Positions 11,965-24,150 of a stretch of 64,000 nucleotides of DNA are shown here, one piece after another. The notes below the pieces were generated by a model that had not been told where the DNA came from, did not search any database, and saw only the letters and a program-made list of their open reading frames with translations. The stretch is from Lepidodermella squamata. Taxonomy: Eukaryota > Animalia > Gastrotricha. The stretch spans positions 2,604,001-2,668,000 of the forward strand of contig JBLDXI010000007.1 of assembly GCA_047495785.1 (NCBI GenBank). Reading direction: 5' to 3'. Numbering within the stretch: position 1 is the first letter of the stretch; each line of letters begins with the position of its first letter. Both the position numbers and the translations under genes were made by a program.

Positions 11965-13089
11965 TCACTCAATAGCAAAACGAAGAGGAAGCAAGTCCGA
12001 GAACATAAGGAAGTCGGTCAACACATTCGGCAAGCCGAGATGTAAAACAAAGCTCAGGCGTCTGTTACCGGGCGGAAGTTGGCGCAAAATTTGAATTCGA
12101 CACAGCTGTTGTAGAGTGAGTGGGTATGATCTCATTAGGAACGCCAATAAACGAAGCATTGCGAAACGCTGAGCCGGTTCGGTCGGTTGTACGAGAAAAT
12201 CATCGCAGGATTGTATCATTCGTCGAAAATCGAACTTCGCCGAGGCAACGGCAGATATGAGCAATCGACCGAAATAATTCAACCGAAATTTCAAGATTCC
12301 CGTGACAAAATCGTCATCCGCATTCAAAAACGCGCCAACTGCTAGCAGATCATAGAAAGACCAACTCGATGCATCATACTGGTCGGAGTCGCAATTTGCT
12401 CCTCTTTGAATCAAAGGAATAATCGCGTTTTCCAACAACGCGCATATTGTGTGTTTGGAATTTAGCCGATTTTTGTAGTTCCACGTCAAATGTAAGAGAC
12501 ATGCTGTTAGTGGGGTCATGGTTCCATTCTCACAGCATAGTGCGTTGAAGTAACAAGGCGGAAGTTTCTGGAATAGCAACTCAGCAGCCTGAGGAGCATC
12601 AACCGCCAACAAATGGAGATAAGTGAAAGGATTGTTATCTCTGGAAGAAATCTGGCTATAATCTCTACGCAAATTTGAAGATTCGATTACCAGTTTGAAT
12701 ATCTCTATCCGGTCGCTAATCGGTACAGCAGCTGGAAGACGGATTATCGGAGGATCCTGCCCATCCGAGCTGCTCATTGTTTGAGCATATTGAGCCAGCG
12801 GAGTGATAATAGAGGGTGGGGATGTATATTCTGCAGCTATTGCCAGCAAGTTCAAGCCCATTTTCTGAGCATTTCGGAGAAACTGATCCTCAATTGCGAT
12901 CAAGCAATCGACTGCAGGCAGATTCCCTCGCATTATCGCGAATTTCAAGAGGCGATAGAAGCACTCCTTCGAGCAGTAAGTCGCTGCAAGATTTAGAACT
13001 TCGTTGAGTTCCGAGGTCGATTCCACGCCTAATCCTAGCCAGATTGCTGACATGGCAGAGATTTCCAGCGATGCTGAAATGTCGCTCAT
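11965..13089 (-). CDS. SOCS-box protein (paralog of 7710-8861), intronless
   Basis: PLTLQQLCRIQIL...LGLPNVLTDFL; shares the blocks LLKFAxMRGNL, LHLLAxDAP and ASSWSxYDL with the paralog. Confidence 0.8.
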   Translation of the reverse strand: MSDISASLEISAMSAIWLGLGVESTSELNEVLNLAATYCSKECFYRLLKFAIMRGNLPAVDCLIAIEDQFLRNAQKMGLNLLAIAAEYTSPPSIITPLAQYAQTMSSSDGQDPPIIRLPAAVPISDRIEIFKLVIESSNLRRDYSQISSRDNNPFTYLHLLAVDAPQAAELLFQKLPPCYFNALCCENGTMTPLTACLLHLTWNYKNRLNSKHTICALLENAIIPLIQRGANCDSDQYDASSWSFYDLLAVGAFLNADDDFVTGILKFRLNYFGRLLISAVASAKFDFRRMIQSCDDFLVQPTEPAQRFAMLRLLAFLMRSYPLTLQQLCRIQILRQLPPGNRRLSFVLHLGLPNVLTDFLMFSDLLPLRFAIE

Positions 13090-13794
13090 TTTTCAGGCCG
13101 AAACTTGTTTTTTTTACCGGGAAAGCTACATCTACTGCCGGCTGTAAAATTCGACCCAGGTCTGCACCTGAATCGTGGTGAATGGGTGATAAATGTTTTT
13201 TTTTCTTTTGAACTAACCCGTGCCATTTTTTTCTCAGCCCTGCTTGGTTACTACAAACTACGTCGAGTCAAAAGGTGGCTTGTAAAAAATGACTAGCTCT
13301 TGAGAAAAGCAGTCAGCGGCGAGTTGAAACGTGGTGTGGTCATATAAACCATGATGGGTACGGGTGCCCGAAATGTGGAGGCGTATAGTTTTGTTTGGTT
13401 TTACGCCCACAGCTTGAGGCCGGGAAATTTCCATATCCACCATCGTTATTAAAGGTGACTCGAATGTCGGCTTGTTTGCTTCAGCGGCAATGTAACACGT
13501 GACAAGAAAAAATAATTTGTTTTGCCTTTTCATTCACGCAAAAAACGCCACTATTCATTAGTCACCTATCAACATGAAAACAAAATTGTCCTCAACAAAA
13601 GAAAGGGCCTGAATCACTAGGCCACGTCTCATTTAGCGACGCAAACAATATGGTGAATGCGTCTGTGAACCTGTAGGATTTTACCGCATTACGATTCCTG
13701 TAATACTGTATCACGAAACTAAACCGAGATCCGTTGCTACGGAGAATCAAAAGACGAAAATCGAAATGCAATTGAACCTATCATTTAATAACTT

Positions 13795-14585
13795 CTAAAT
13801 AGTGTAAACATAATTAGTTCTTTCGTTCTCTTTCGGTATCGACGCTTTGCCAAATCTTAGCGCTAGTTTCGACGCGTTCGCCGAAGTCTTCGATGTAAAG
13901 CATATAGCGTTTCCTAAAATAGCCAGTAGTACGGCGCAAAGGCACCATAACAGATATCCATTGATAAGTAGAACATTGGCGTAGGATTGTTCGATCAAAA
14001 TGTAGCGACGACTAGTGGTGCCGTTGTCGTTCGTAAGGGATAGCAGGGCTGAGGCTGGGAAACTTATTTTAGCCACAACTCCAGCTTTCAAAAAATTGAT
14101 GGTCCCAATTTTTTGAGTTTCCTTCTCATTATTCGATTTGAACTGATATTCATTCGGAACTTCGGTCCCTATAGAAGTAAATAAAAGGGATCTAGGTAGG
14201 AATTAATGGAAAGGCAACAGTTTACTGTTTTTGTTTGCGAGTAAGGGAACACAGAGTCCAGGCGAAGGCTCCCATTTTCCGTTGTCCTGGCAAGTTGACA
14301 TGTCATTTCCAGATAGTCTATGGCCGAACTGGCACAAGGTCCAAATCACGGTTCCACTCGGGTACCAACGCTTGGAGTCGTCATCCTTAATTGATTCAGG
14401 CTTGACGGAGCTTATAGACGGTACCAAGATGACATTATCGGGTGGACGTAATGGAGCTGGACAGCTGGCCTATTAATTAGAGAAATCGTAACCAAGACAA
14501 TAGGAGTTCCGTGGCTTACTCTTGCTGAATTTTCGTATGCAAGTATGAAAACAGCAGCGAGTAACAACTTAAGACATGAAGTCAT
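13795..14585 (-). CDS. Single-sushi type I membrane protein (3 exons)
   Basis: Signal exon MTSCLKLLLAAVFILA; CCP domain CPAP...CQFGHRLSG...CQDNGKW...C; TM segment GYLLWCLCAVLLAILGNAICF; tail ending NYVYTI. Confidence 0.7.
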
Positions 14586-15258
14586 CTCTTTGTTATCTAA
14601 ATTTCAGTGGATGAGTCCTCATTTGGTCAGAAAAATGGCAAAGAAAGCGTAGTAGTAACAAAAAGTATGCCCTATGCATTGTTTGCTCATCTGTTCTGCG
14701 TTATTTTAGACTAATTGAAGCCAGCAGAGTAGCACGGGTCACGCGATGATCTCGCGCGAGAGTTACCGCAGGTTAACAAGAGATAGCATGTGCAAAATAA
14801 TGGCAACTTAACTAAAACCATCTCATATACCTATATTGACAAATGCGCGGTTATGACCAAAAAACAACAAAGGACAAGTGTGTGAAAGACTCAATGTGCC
14901 GGTAAAATTATGTCTCCGTCGTCGTCGTCGTCGTCTATTGTCATCGCCTGCGTTTTAGTATCACGGTAACACTTTGCAACTTGGTAACCATCTCATGTTG
15001 TTGAGTCTTATTTTATCATTTTCGACATCATTCTGATGTTTGAAAACTCCGTGGACAATCAATTAGAGTCCAAATTATTCTGCACCGTCGTTACCCTGCA
15101 AGGATTTTTTCAACAGGGATGGCAGGTACCAGGCACCAGTAATCAGAGAATCGCAAAAAGTCCGTAAATTGAGAGAAATATCTTTTATTCTATATGTCAA
15201 ATATATATCAAACTGATTGCTAACTATCGTTACTACAATGCATCACAAAAATATCTGT

Positions 15259-18103
15259 TTAGCCGTCGCTAGATGTCGGTCGGTTGAGTTGTCGCTGGCT
15301 GCTGAACCACGTGCTGACGCGTACGAAAGTTAGGCCTAGAGAGTTCGCGAGTTCCTGGCGCTCAGCGACTGATGGGACAGGACTCTTTGCCAACTGAGCT
15401 TGCAAGGCTTCAAGTTGGTCTTTCGTCAGTTCGGTAACGCGACGCCGCTGGGTTTTGTCCTTCAGTCGACGAGAAATGAACCAGGAAGTAATCTAAAAAT
15501 TTACCAAATGCATTTATCAACTTCAAAAATGAATATAAAATTATTGTAGAATTTAATTGAATGTAAAAGGAAAATTTTGAACTATTTTCGCGCCACGAAC
15601 GATATAGAAATTTCATATATGCTGTCGTTCGTATTGGTACTACAAGATACTACTACGGTGTACTTCAATTGTATGTGGTATCGACAGATCCGTGGCATTG
15701 CCATGGGTAGCAACATCACGCCCGTCACTTCGAACTGCTGGATGTACTATTTGGAACGTGACATAAAACGTGCCAACGATGGCGCGGAGATGGGTCGCTA
15801 CTTAGATGACATCAACTGCATCGACCACTCCATTGACACGGTCTAGGGGTCGCTTCAGTAACTGAACAATGTTCACCCGAATGTCAAGGTTACCGGCGAA
15901 GTTGTTGACCTCAGTACGGCCCCTTTAAACTACCTGGACATCAGTGTCCGGCGACTGGGGAACGCCTGTCAGCTTCGGTTTTCACCAAACCCACTGACAA
16001 CACGGCTGTCCTCCATGTCCTGTCTGAGCATCCTCGGCACGTCATCAACGGGATCTGTCACAGCCAGACCCTCCGCAGCCATTATGGCGCCTTTGTCCGG
16101 ACCACTCTGCGGTTCGCCTCCAAGACACTTCGACATGGCTATACATGGCGCCAGCTGATGACCGGCCTACGCCACACTCTGACATCTACCACTGGCAAGG
16201 ACTGGCCGTTTTACTCCAGGCGACCTGCCTGGCAGGCTCAACTACCACTCAAGCCACGCTTGGCACTCACCTATACCAGTGCGGCAGCTCCCCTCTACCG
16301 TAAACTTGAGCGTTTTGCTGCTAATATACTGTGGCTAATATATAATCTCACTGAAGAGGACTACAAATACTTCACCCCTGATCCTAAGCTTCTCGCAGAA
16401 GACGATGACTGAAAAATATTTCAGCAGCTCTCATAGCCGATTTCTTCCAAACCAAGCAAATCCCAAGCATACCAGAAGAAAAAAGAGCTTGCAACCTTGA
16501 CCGAACAGCCATTTACTGCGCGGCCTTCGGCCAACCCAGAGAAACCAAACTGATTGAAGGTCAGGTCATCCGCGTACAAAACGCAATTCTAAAGAAATAC
16601 AATGAAAATTTCCAGCTGTACATTAACGACTTCGCTTCGATTTCGTCAGTGACAACATCATTCCTGATGTCAAAACACTGGTCAACGTTCCCATCGCCCA
16701 TCGCACGAAAATACCACAAATTCAAGGCGATATTCAACTGTTCCATCGTGCACTTTGGATTGAACAATATTCCCATTCTTGCGACGATTGGAACAACGGT
16801 GTTTGGGGTTCAAAGTTCAAAGCCTTACATGTGATTGTATCAATGTCGGCGATCCTCAGCCTGCATCGTTCAAATCTCTAGACAGCGCCAGTCTCTGCGT
16901 CAAACTGCCGATGGTTAAAACTCTCCTAGGCTCGAGAATCATTTATCAGCTTACACCGAAAAACTAGGGATGCTTCATTCCCCATTGCAGTGAAACAAAC
17001 TCCGATATACGCTCTTAATTGGCACTCGACAGTTTCACAGGAAAGGAAAGTCAGAAGGAGTGTTTGTCAACATTTTTGAATCCAAATTATAAGAAAAATG
17101 TAATCTTAAGAATTCAAATTGATTTGTGATTTGACAACACTTTGAAAACAGATCAGACCTTAGCAACGTCAAGGCCAATTCGGTTTGCCAACTCTTGTCT
17201 AGCTTGCATGGTCGGATACTTGTCTCTCCCGTATGCTTCAGCCAAAGCTGCCAACTCGGCCTTCGAATAGACAACCTGTTCCGAACCATCAGCAGGCGAA
17301 GTTGGGCCTGTGGTTCCGTGGCTTGTCGCCATACTCAGCGATTCTTCAACCATCGAGCGCACTATGTTCATACTGTTTTCCTGGCGAGGTGGTGAGCTTC
17401 GGCTTTTGCAGAACCATTCTTTAATCTATGGAATAGGAAAGCATAGGCAGAAAACCTTCTCGCAAGAGCTAAGCGAACCTGATCGATTGGGAGACCAAGT
17501 TTTCGCGACATTTCTCGAAACTCAGCCTCTGACGGATTGGGGTTCAGTTTGAAAACCTATGGGAAACCTCATCACGACAAGTCCAAAAGATTCAAGTCCC
17601 TCACATCTTTCAGAACAAGTAGTTGATCTCCGGTAGGTTCGACGAACTCCCGTTTTATCGGGGTCGAAGTTCCAGCCTATAAAAATAATTAAAAATTGAG
17701 CTTCTCCATCAAAGGTTCATCAAAATACCGGAGCTGGGATTTCAGCTTGTTTAGGCGGGGCCATGGGTATGTCAGTCAATGGTGGCGGTGGATTAACAGG
17801 CTGGCGCCAGTAACCAGGCTGGTACTGTACAGGAGCTGGTTGCGGCCATCGAGGTATTTGAGGGGGCAAAGAAGCCATCATAGCGTTAGGATCGAACCAA
17901 GCTTGGTTATACCCGCCAGCCCAGCCGCCCCAAGCGTCAGGACCAGCGGGATAGTAGCCAGGCTGCGGCAGCGCGACGTTCGGGTCGGGCGGCAACGGAG
18001 GTATAAAGTAACCCGGCCCTGGTTGTGGGTTCATCTGCCAGGGTGCGAAGTAGCCCGGTTGAGGCAACGAGGTTGTGGGAGATCCCATCGGATGATTCAT
18101 CAT
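15259..18103 (-). CDS. Triple-homeodomain protein with a Pro/Gln/Tyr/Trp-rich N-terminus (5 coding exons)
   Basis: HD1 DQLLVLKD|VFKLNPNP..LGLPIDQ|IKEWF. HD2 YSKAELAALAEAYGRDKYP..LDVAK|ITSWFISRR. HD3 LTKDQLEALQAQL..VSTWFSSQR in terminal exon 15492-15259. Confidence 0.8.
15640..16420 (+). mobile_element. Decayed Penelope-like element reverse transcriptase fragment, antisense within the last intron of the triple-homeodomain gene
   Basis: YRQIRGIAMGS, RYLDD, LNNVHPNVKVT, YLDI and TKPT...LHVLSEHP...SQTLR motifs; contains stops and a frameshift. Confidence 0.8.
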
Positions 18104-18235
18104 TGATAAACACAATCTGTTTTCAATCAATCTGAAAATTACAGAGCGGTTGCCTTCAAATTATTGAAAATTAATTTTATTAAATTATAAATGAAAGACG
18201 CGGTATAGGAATCTGTTCAAATCAGCTTTCATCAT

Positions 18236-19111
18236 TCAGCCATTAGTTCTTCGTGGGCCTCCATCTTCCGGCAAGCAGTAATTTGTCTCAGAACATTCAA
18301 TCAGCCAAGATCTCGGAACACTTTTCACGCCTTCAGGAATCTGAAAGCCCTCAGGAATTGGTCCTTCAATCACGATATGAGTTATATCATTCGAAAGACT
18401 TTCCTTGAACTTTCCGCCGAATTTCTTGATCGAATTTCTAATACTCTTCTGCGTCGCCTCGTCATATCCGATAGCCCCAAATGAGAGCCCGTAAAAAGCC
18501 GGCAGCAGATGTTTCACGGTTAATTTTCTGAAATCAAACCCGTTTTCACAGTTTTCGACGCCCTTCCAAACTTTATCAACCCACTGCGATGAAAGGATAG
18601 GCTTCAAAGTACGGCGAAATTCGGCCGACTTCGGACTAGTTAGATCGTCCGAAATTAGGACATTAGCAGCGATGTGAGATTCAGTCACCTGCCCACCAAG
18701 CCAATGAATTTTTGTCGACATCCTTCCCTGCTCGTCGCGAGAGGCGGAAAGTGATAGGGCAACCTTAATTCCAGCCAAAATTTGGCCGAAATAAGCCTGG
18801 TTCCCACGCGGTAGTGAAATCAACCGATTTTCCAGGTAATTGATCAAGCAAGAGGGGCCATATATCCTGTAGCCGTTCGCCACGAGGTGATCGAAAGCTT
18901 TTCCTTCAAATTTGCTGACGACGCAGAAATTTTCGCACGGCAACGTGGCCGATTTTCCGAGGCTTGGAACCGCACTTTCGATAATTCGTTCGATTCTTAA
19001 TCGATCAGCCGCTCGGGATGAAATCAGTTTTTCAGCTCGAGACATCGCTCCATTAATCGCGACTTTATTTTCTTCATCGACCGGAGAGATGAATAAAACT
19101 TTGATCGGCAT
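18236..19111 (-). CDS. Stand-alone TopBP1/Rad4-type BRCT0-1-2 protein, intronless, 291 aa
   Basis: FEGKAFDHL..GYRIYGPSCL (BRCT0 signature); IHWLGG...PILSSQWV.KVW; IKKFGGKF...ITHIVI...VPRSWLIEC.ETNYCLPE. Confidence 0.8.
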   Translation of the reverse strand: MPIKVLFISPVDEENKVAINGAMSRAEKLISSRAADRLRIERIIESAVPSLGKSATLPCENFCVVSKFEGKAFDHLVANGYRIYGPSCLINYLENRLISLPRGNQAYFGQILAGIKVALSLSASRDEQGRMSTKIHWLGGQVTESHIAANVLISDDLTSPKSAEFRRTLKPILSSQWVDKVWKGVENCENGFDFRKLTVKHLLPAFYGLSFGAIGYDEATQKSIRNSIKKFGGKFKESLSNDITHIVIEGPIPEGFQIPEGVKSVPRSWLIECSETNYCLPEDGGPRRTNG

Positions 19112-19191
19112 TAAAATAAACCAAATCTACAATTTTTTGAGAATTATAAGTAATCACATAATTTAGAGTGAGATAACAAGTTTTTCTATGT

Positions 19192-20630
19192 TCATTTAGA
19201 CGTGGAAGAAACAGGTTTTGTGGACGTGACAGCTCCAGGTAACTGCATCAGCTTATCCCGATAGCGTCTCGAAGCGAACCAGTTGTCAATCTAAAACGGA
19301 AATTCAATTAGAAATTTCTCATTTTTTCTCTGAAAGATGTTGGAAAAGAAAAATTAGCGGATAAAATCGCTTTGAAGTTTTGAAGAGCCCGGCAATTTTA
19401 AACCGTTTTCTGAGAAATATTCAGATAGAATCCATAATTATTGAAGTCCCGTGACTTGGTACTACATACAATACAGCTCGAGTTGAATACGAAGTCAAGG
19501 AAATCTTACGCGGTACAACGGAACTGAAAAATCAGCAGCCAATCTCTTTCTTTTTTCCGGCTTCGGCGTCTTGCACTTCTCGAATTCCTATAGGGTAAAG
19601 ATTTCGAATAATCAAATTCTGAGTCAGGAACCTTCATCAACAAATACCGAGTTGAGAGTTTCCAATTCTTCAACGGTGAAGTAGAACGGGGTTCGCAGGG
19701 CTGGGTTGGCAGCAACCGCCGCGGCAGCCGCTTTTTTCGCCTCGGCTTCTCTTGATGATGACGATCCTTTCGGTGACGAATCCACAACTGGTTCGGCCAG
19801 TTCAGGCAAAGGGGGCGATGACGGATTTTCAGCAGGAGTGGGCGGAAAAGTCATGCCCACCAGTGTAGGAAACGGATTGCTTACCTGGAAAATTATGAAA
19901 ATTCAATTTTTAGGAATTTAGAAATTTCTTCGTATTTTTTTATTTTCAAGCCAATTACTTGAAAAATTATAAGAATTTCAAACAAAATAAAATATTCCAA
20001 TTTTTATACATTTCAGTTCTCAAAATTTTTTATAAATTTTTCGAAAAAATTAAATATCAATAAATGAGAACAATTCTGAAGACATTCTGAATATCAAAAT
20101 TCAATTTTTTCAATTTAATTTTTCAATTGAAATTTAATTTTTTTATTTTAAATTTGCAAATAACTGCAAATAAAAAAATGGGAAAATAATGTTACTTTTG
20201 AAGAAACCGTGCTGTGAACTGAAGTAGCCGACTCGCCGCCCATCGACCCATTGAAACTGCCCGACATGACCGAATGAGGAGTGCTGCTGTAGGTCGGCGG
20301 GGTTGGTGGGTAGTTCACGCCACTAGGCAACTGGCTTGAAATCGACTGCTGCGGTTGCTGAGCCGAAATTCCATAAGCGTTGCTAGGTTGGGCATACTGC
20401 CAATTTTGCTGCTGCTGCTGTTGAGGCGGCGGGTTGATTTGAGTGGGTGGAACTGGCGCAGCGCTACTTCGCATCGGGCAGTAGAAACAGTTGCATTGAT
20501 GGGACATGGCCTCGCGGTACGGCTCGGGCTGCGCGGGGTAGAATCGGCTGCTATTAGCTGGGGCCGAGCTGCTGCTGTAAGGCGAATCAGGCGTTGGGTA
20601 ATATGAAGAATTACTGAAATTATGATTCAT
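19192..20630 (-). CDS. Divergent single-homeodomain protein with a Ser/Pro/Gln-rich N-terminus (4 exons)
   Basis: Spliced HD reads FTVEELETLNS|EFEKCKTPKPEKRKRLAADFSVPLYR|IDNWFASRRYRDK, with GT-AG junctions in phase. Confidence 0.8.
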
Positions 20631-21364
20631 CTAAAAATGCAATGAACTAAATGAAGTTCAATCAACTGTATCGGAGCAAAAATAGTAATAAAAATCGGAA
20701 ATTTGTTAACAACTGAAAGAATTCGCCGATAAATTATTTTCAGCATAATTTGTGCCATCCTAGGATTCGATATTGACGATTTCGCTCGCGCTTCGAGTCT
20801 GGCCGCTTTTTAGTCGGTCGCTGACGAGCTTCATAATCTGAAATGATATACCTAAAACTTTTCAGAGAATAGCAAGTGTGTGACACAAGACTGGGGGCAA
20901 TAAAATGTGATCCTTTATGAAATTCTAGTAAATGTTCGCGCGACTTAAAAGGTCAAGGGCAAAAAGAGACTGCAAACGAAATTTGCCATGTGATTCGGAT
21001 GCACTGAAAACATGAAATTTTGACACAAAGGCTGGAAAGGCAAATATAAAAAAATTAGGATGGACATCAAATTTAATGGTTCCAACTTTGCTGGCGGCAA
21101 AAGCATAATCTGATGCTAAAAAAAATAAAAAAATGCTACTGAAAAAATGTCTCCTGAATTTTATAGAAAATAAGAAACAGATAAAACAGCTCATTTTTTT
21201 ATAATTAAGGTGGAATTTTTTATATCGTGCTGATCAGCAGATAGTTGCCCTGTTGCCGAAAAACAACCGTGCGATTTCTTGTTACAATTCAGTTTGAGAG
21301 AAAACGTCGGAAAGCCCGAGCCGACAATTTTATTCCGAGGCCATTTATGAAGGGGTACCAATGC

Positions 21365-21551
21365 GGTACGGCGACAAAACAGCAACCTCGCGAAACAGCG
21401 AATGCGACAAAACAGCAATTTTTTTACTTCGCGACAAAACAGCGAAAACTTACTATGTCAAAGATGCATCATGTTTCTGTTGTTATGTCGGAAGTTAAAA
21501 AAGTGGCTGTTTTGTCGCGTTTGCTGTTTTGGGTATTTGCTGTTATGACCG
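21365..21551. mobile_element. Palindromic MITE-like repeat with ACAAAACAGC subrepeats; second copy at 61619-61806
   Basis: Internal inverted symmetry and close reverse-complement similarity to 61619-61806. Confidence 0.7.
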
Positions 21552-22122
21552 TTCATAAATTTGTAATCACTCAAATTTTCTCCAACCTTTAATTTGCTCA
21601 AAAAAATTTATATTCTGCCACCAGGTAATTTGTGTTCTGATTTATTGACAATACTCAACAAAAACTCGGGTTTTTATCGCCTAACTACTAATAGGTGCCA
21701 ATGTGCCCACAAGAAAAAATAGCAGATAATTTATTTACGGCAAACATAAATATACTACACAGTGTTTTAGATTTCTCTTTTCATTCAGCTATACCGACAC
21801 GCTTTCAATTCATTACCAGCTCTTTGTTCGCTTCCTCAAACTACAACACTCCAGAATTGCACGCGGGGTACCACCCCCAAACAGGTATCGATGGAGCGCC
21901 GAATAAACCAGAGCCGAATAGAATAAAGAGAACTAAACCTATTTTTCAAACGGGTTCTCACGCTACACATGAGACCTATTTTCTCAACTATTGTTTTTTT
22001 CTACCGGCCGATTGCGGGCAACAATGCATGTAGCTAAAAATAGAATCCGGGCCGCCGAGGCCCTGGTCGAAACCAGGATATTTAAGCAGAGAACCAAGAC
22101 GCCATGGCGATCATTCTAAATT

Positions 22123-23680
22123 TTGGAAATGTTGCTACCGTCGCTGCTTTTGGTGACAACGCTAAGCTACTCAGTCTTGGCCCAGCCTCTGCCGACGACC
22201 GACGAGGAAACCGACGACTGGAAAAAGTGGAAGCAAACCTACGCCAGCCACCCGCAAGACCGGTTCCACAACGAAGCCGAGGACGACGCGGCCGAGGAGC
22301 GGTTCGAGCGGATGCGACAACGCATCGAGCAATGGGACAAAGAATCGGAAGAGGGCGAGGACGACGCCGACTACGGCTTCAACGAATTCTCCGACTGGAC
22401 GGACGAGGAGTTGCAGCAGCACTACGGCGGCGTGTCCGGCTTTGGCGCTGTTAACATCTCGAAGCAAGTTGTCAGGCGAACGCGCCGGCAAAGCGACGAC
22501 GGCCCGGTTGTAGTGCCCATCGACTACCCGCCATCCCGCCCGTTGCCGGATACCGAGGACATCCCCGGCGCGGTTGTAGACTGGCGTCGGAAGGGCGTGA
22601 TGGGGCCTGTTAAGAGTCAGTACCGGTGCGGTAGTTGCTACTCATTCGCAGCGATTTCCGCCCTGGAGGGAAGGCTAAGAATCAGGGGCTACAGCATCGA
22701 CTCGATTTCTGAGCAGGAAATCGTAGACTGCGCCAAGCTGGCTGGAATCCCGTTTTTCGATCCAGATCACGGGTGCAATCTAGGCAACGCTTATCTCGTC
22801 TATGAGTACTATATAGAAAAAGGGCGGTTTTCTTAAGGAGATCGACTATCACCCCTACGATCCAGCCCAACTCACGACAACCCCGGCGAAACAATGCACC
22901 CCGACTGAGAGTAAACGAGGCGGGCCGAAGCTGAAGGGCTATCAAGTCGCGCAGAGTCGGAATGTTGAAATGATTGAATGGGCGGTTAGTAAGGGCCCGG
23001 TCTATGCGTTGTTCCAGATCGATGATAGGCTGAATGCTTACATTGATAACATCCACGACCCGCCCAACTGCCCGACAAAGGGTAACAAGGGACATTGCGT
23101 TACTATTGTTGGCTACGGCACAAATGTGACAACCGGCGAAGACTAGTAAGAGCTTCGAAAATTACGTTGAATTCCTCTAAAAAAAATTTTTTTTGAAGCT
23201 GGATTGTTCGCAACAGTTGGGGTCCTGGTTGGGGTAAGTCTCAGCTGTCCTATGAATTTGTCTCCATTTTTAGTCTTATGCTCCACAGGCTGGGGCGGTC
23301 ACTTTTTGATTCGGAAGGGCGTGAATCGGTGTGGTATCGAGGATGAGATATGGTGGCCTCTGTTTGAGGATGATCCAGACCCGGTTGACTACAACGGCAA
23401 CGACTATTGGGAGATCGGGGCGGATGGTGTTAGGAGAGACGTGCCTAATCCGAATTTGCCGTGGAAGCGGCCGGTCGAGGACACTCCGCCCCGTTTGCCG
23501 GCTCGAGCACGTCCACCACCGGGGGTGCCGTCGAGGCCTCAGCAATCGGGAGATAGTAACAGTAATAACGACCAAAGTGAGAATAATAACGAGGGGATGA
23601 CTTCAACGAGTCGCAGAACTACTACTACTCGTGCAGTTACCACGGCGATTCCGGATGACAATGCAAATGACTGGCAGTAG
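22123..23680 (+). CDS. Papain-family (cathepsin L-like) cysteine protease with prodomain and Pro/Thr-rich C-terminal extension; apparent 1-nt frameshift near 22820
   Basis: Signal peptide, NEFSDWT, DWRRKG, VKSQ, CGSCYSF, GHCVTIVGYG and WIVRNSWG; the frame is restored by removing one base from the A/G run at 22817-22824. Confidence 0.85.
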
Positions 23681-24036
23681 CCTAGATCCTGCATGCTTAG
23701 CCATCAATATTTTCATTCGATTTATTGATCTAACACATACTTGAGGCAGGGATAAATACAGTGCAGCCACTTGCGAGGTAAAATAAAAATTGCAATTACG
23801 GAAAAGTTCGAAATGCTCTGTACGAAAGGATACAGCCATAATTTTGCTACTTTGCAACGTTTCTTAAAAATTGGCAGTATTTTCGTTTAATTTTGGCCTT
23901 TTTTAAGGAATTTAACCAATTTTAGATTTAAATCAAGTTAAATTGAATAAAATCCACCGGGAGAATCTGTCATCATTTATCCGCGATTTTACCGCGAGGA
24001 AATCGCCGATTTACCGGAGAAAACCACCCTCCAATG

Positions 24037-24150
24037 GCCAATTTTGACATGCAATAAATATCCGAAAAGCGATTTCAGGCCACTAGAAAATTCTGAAATT
24101 TGGTTCCGCTACAGCAAATTAGGTTCCGCTCACTGTAAATTTGGTTCCGG
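24037..24150. repeat. Dispersed repeat with GCGGAACCAAAT units; inverted copy at about 53633-53727 and a fragment near 59275
   Basis: Shared TTTTCTAGTGGCCTGAAATCGCTTTT..ATATTTATTGCA block. Confidence 0.6.

Noticed and set aside
21365-21551. CRISPR-like repeat array
   Set aside because: The repeats are short, irregular and inverted, in a eukaryotic context with no cas genes.
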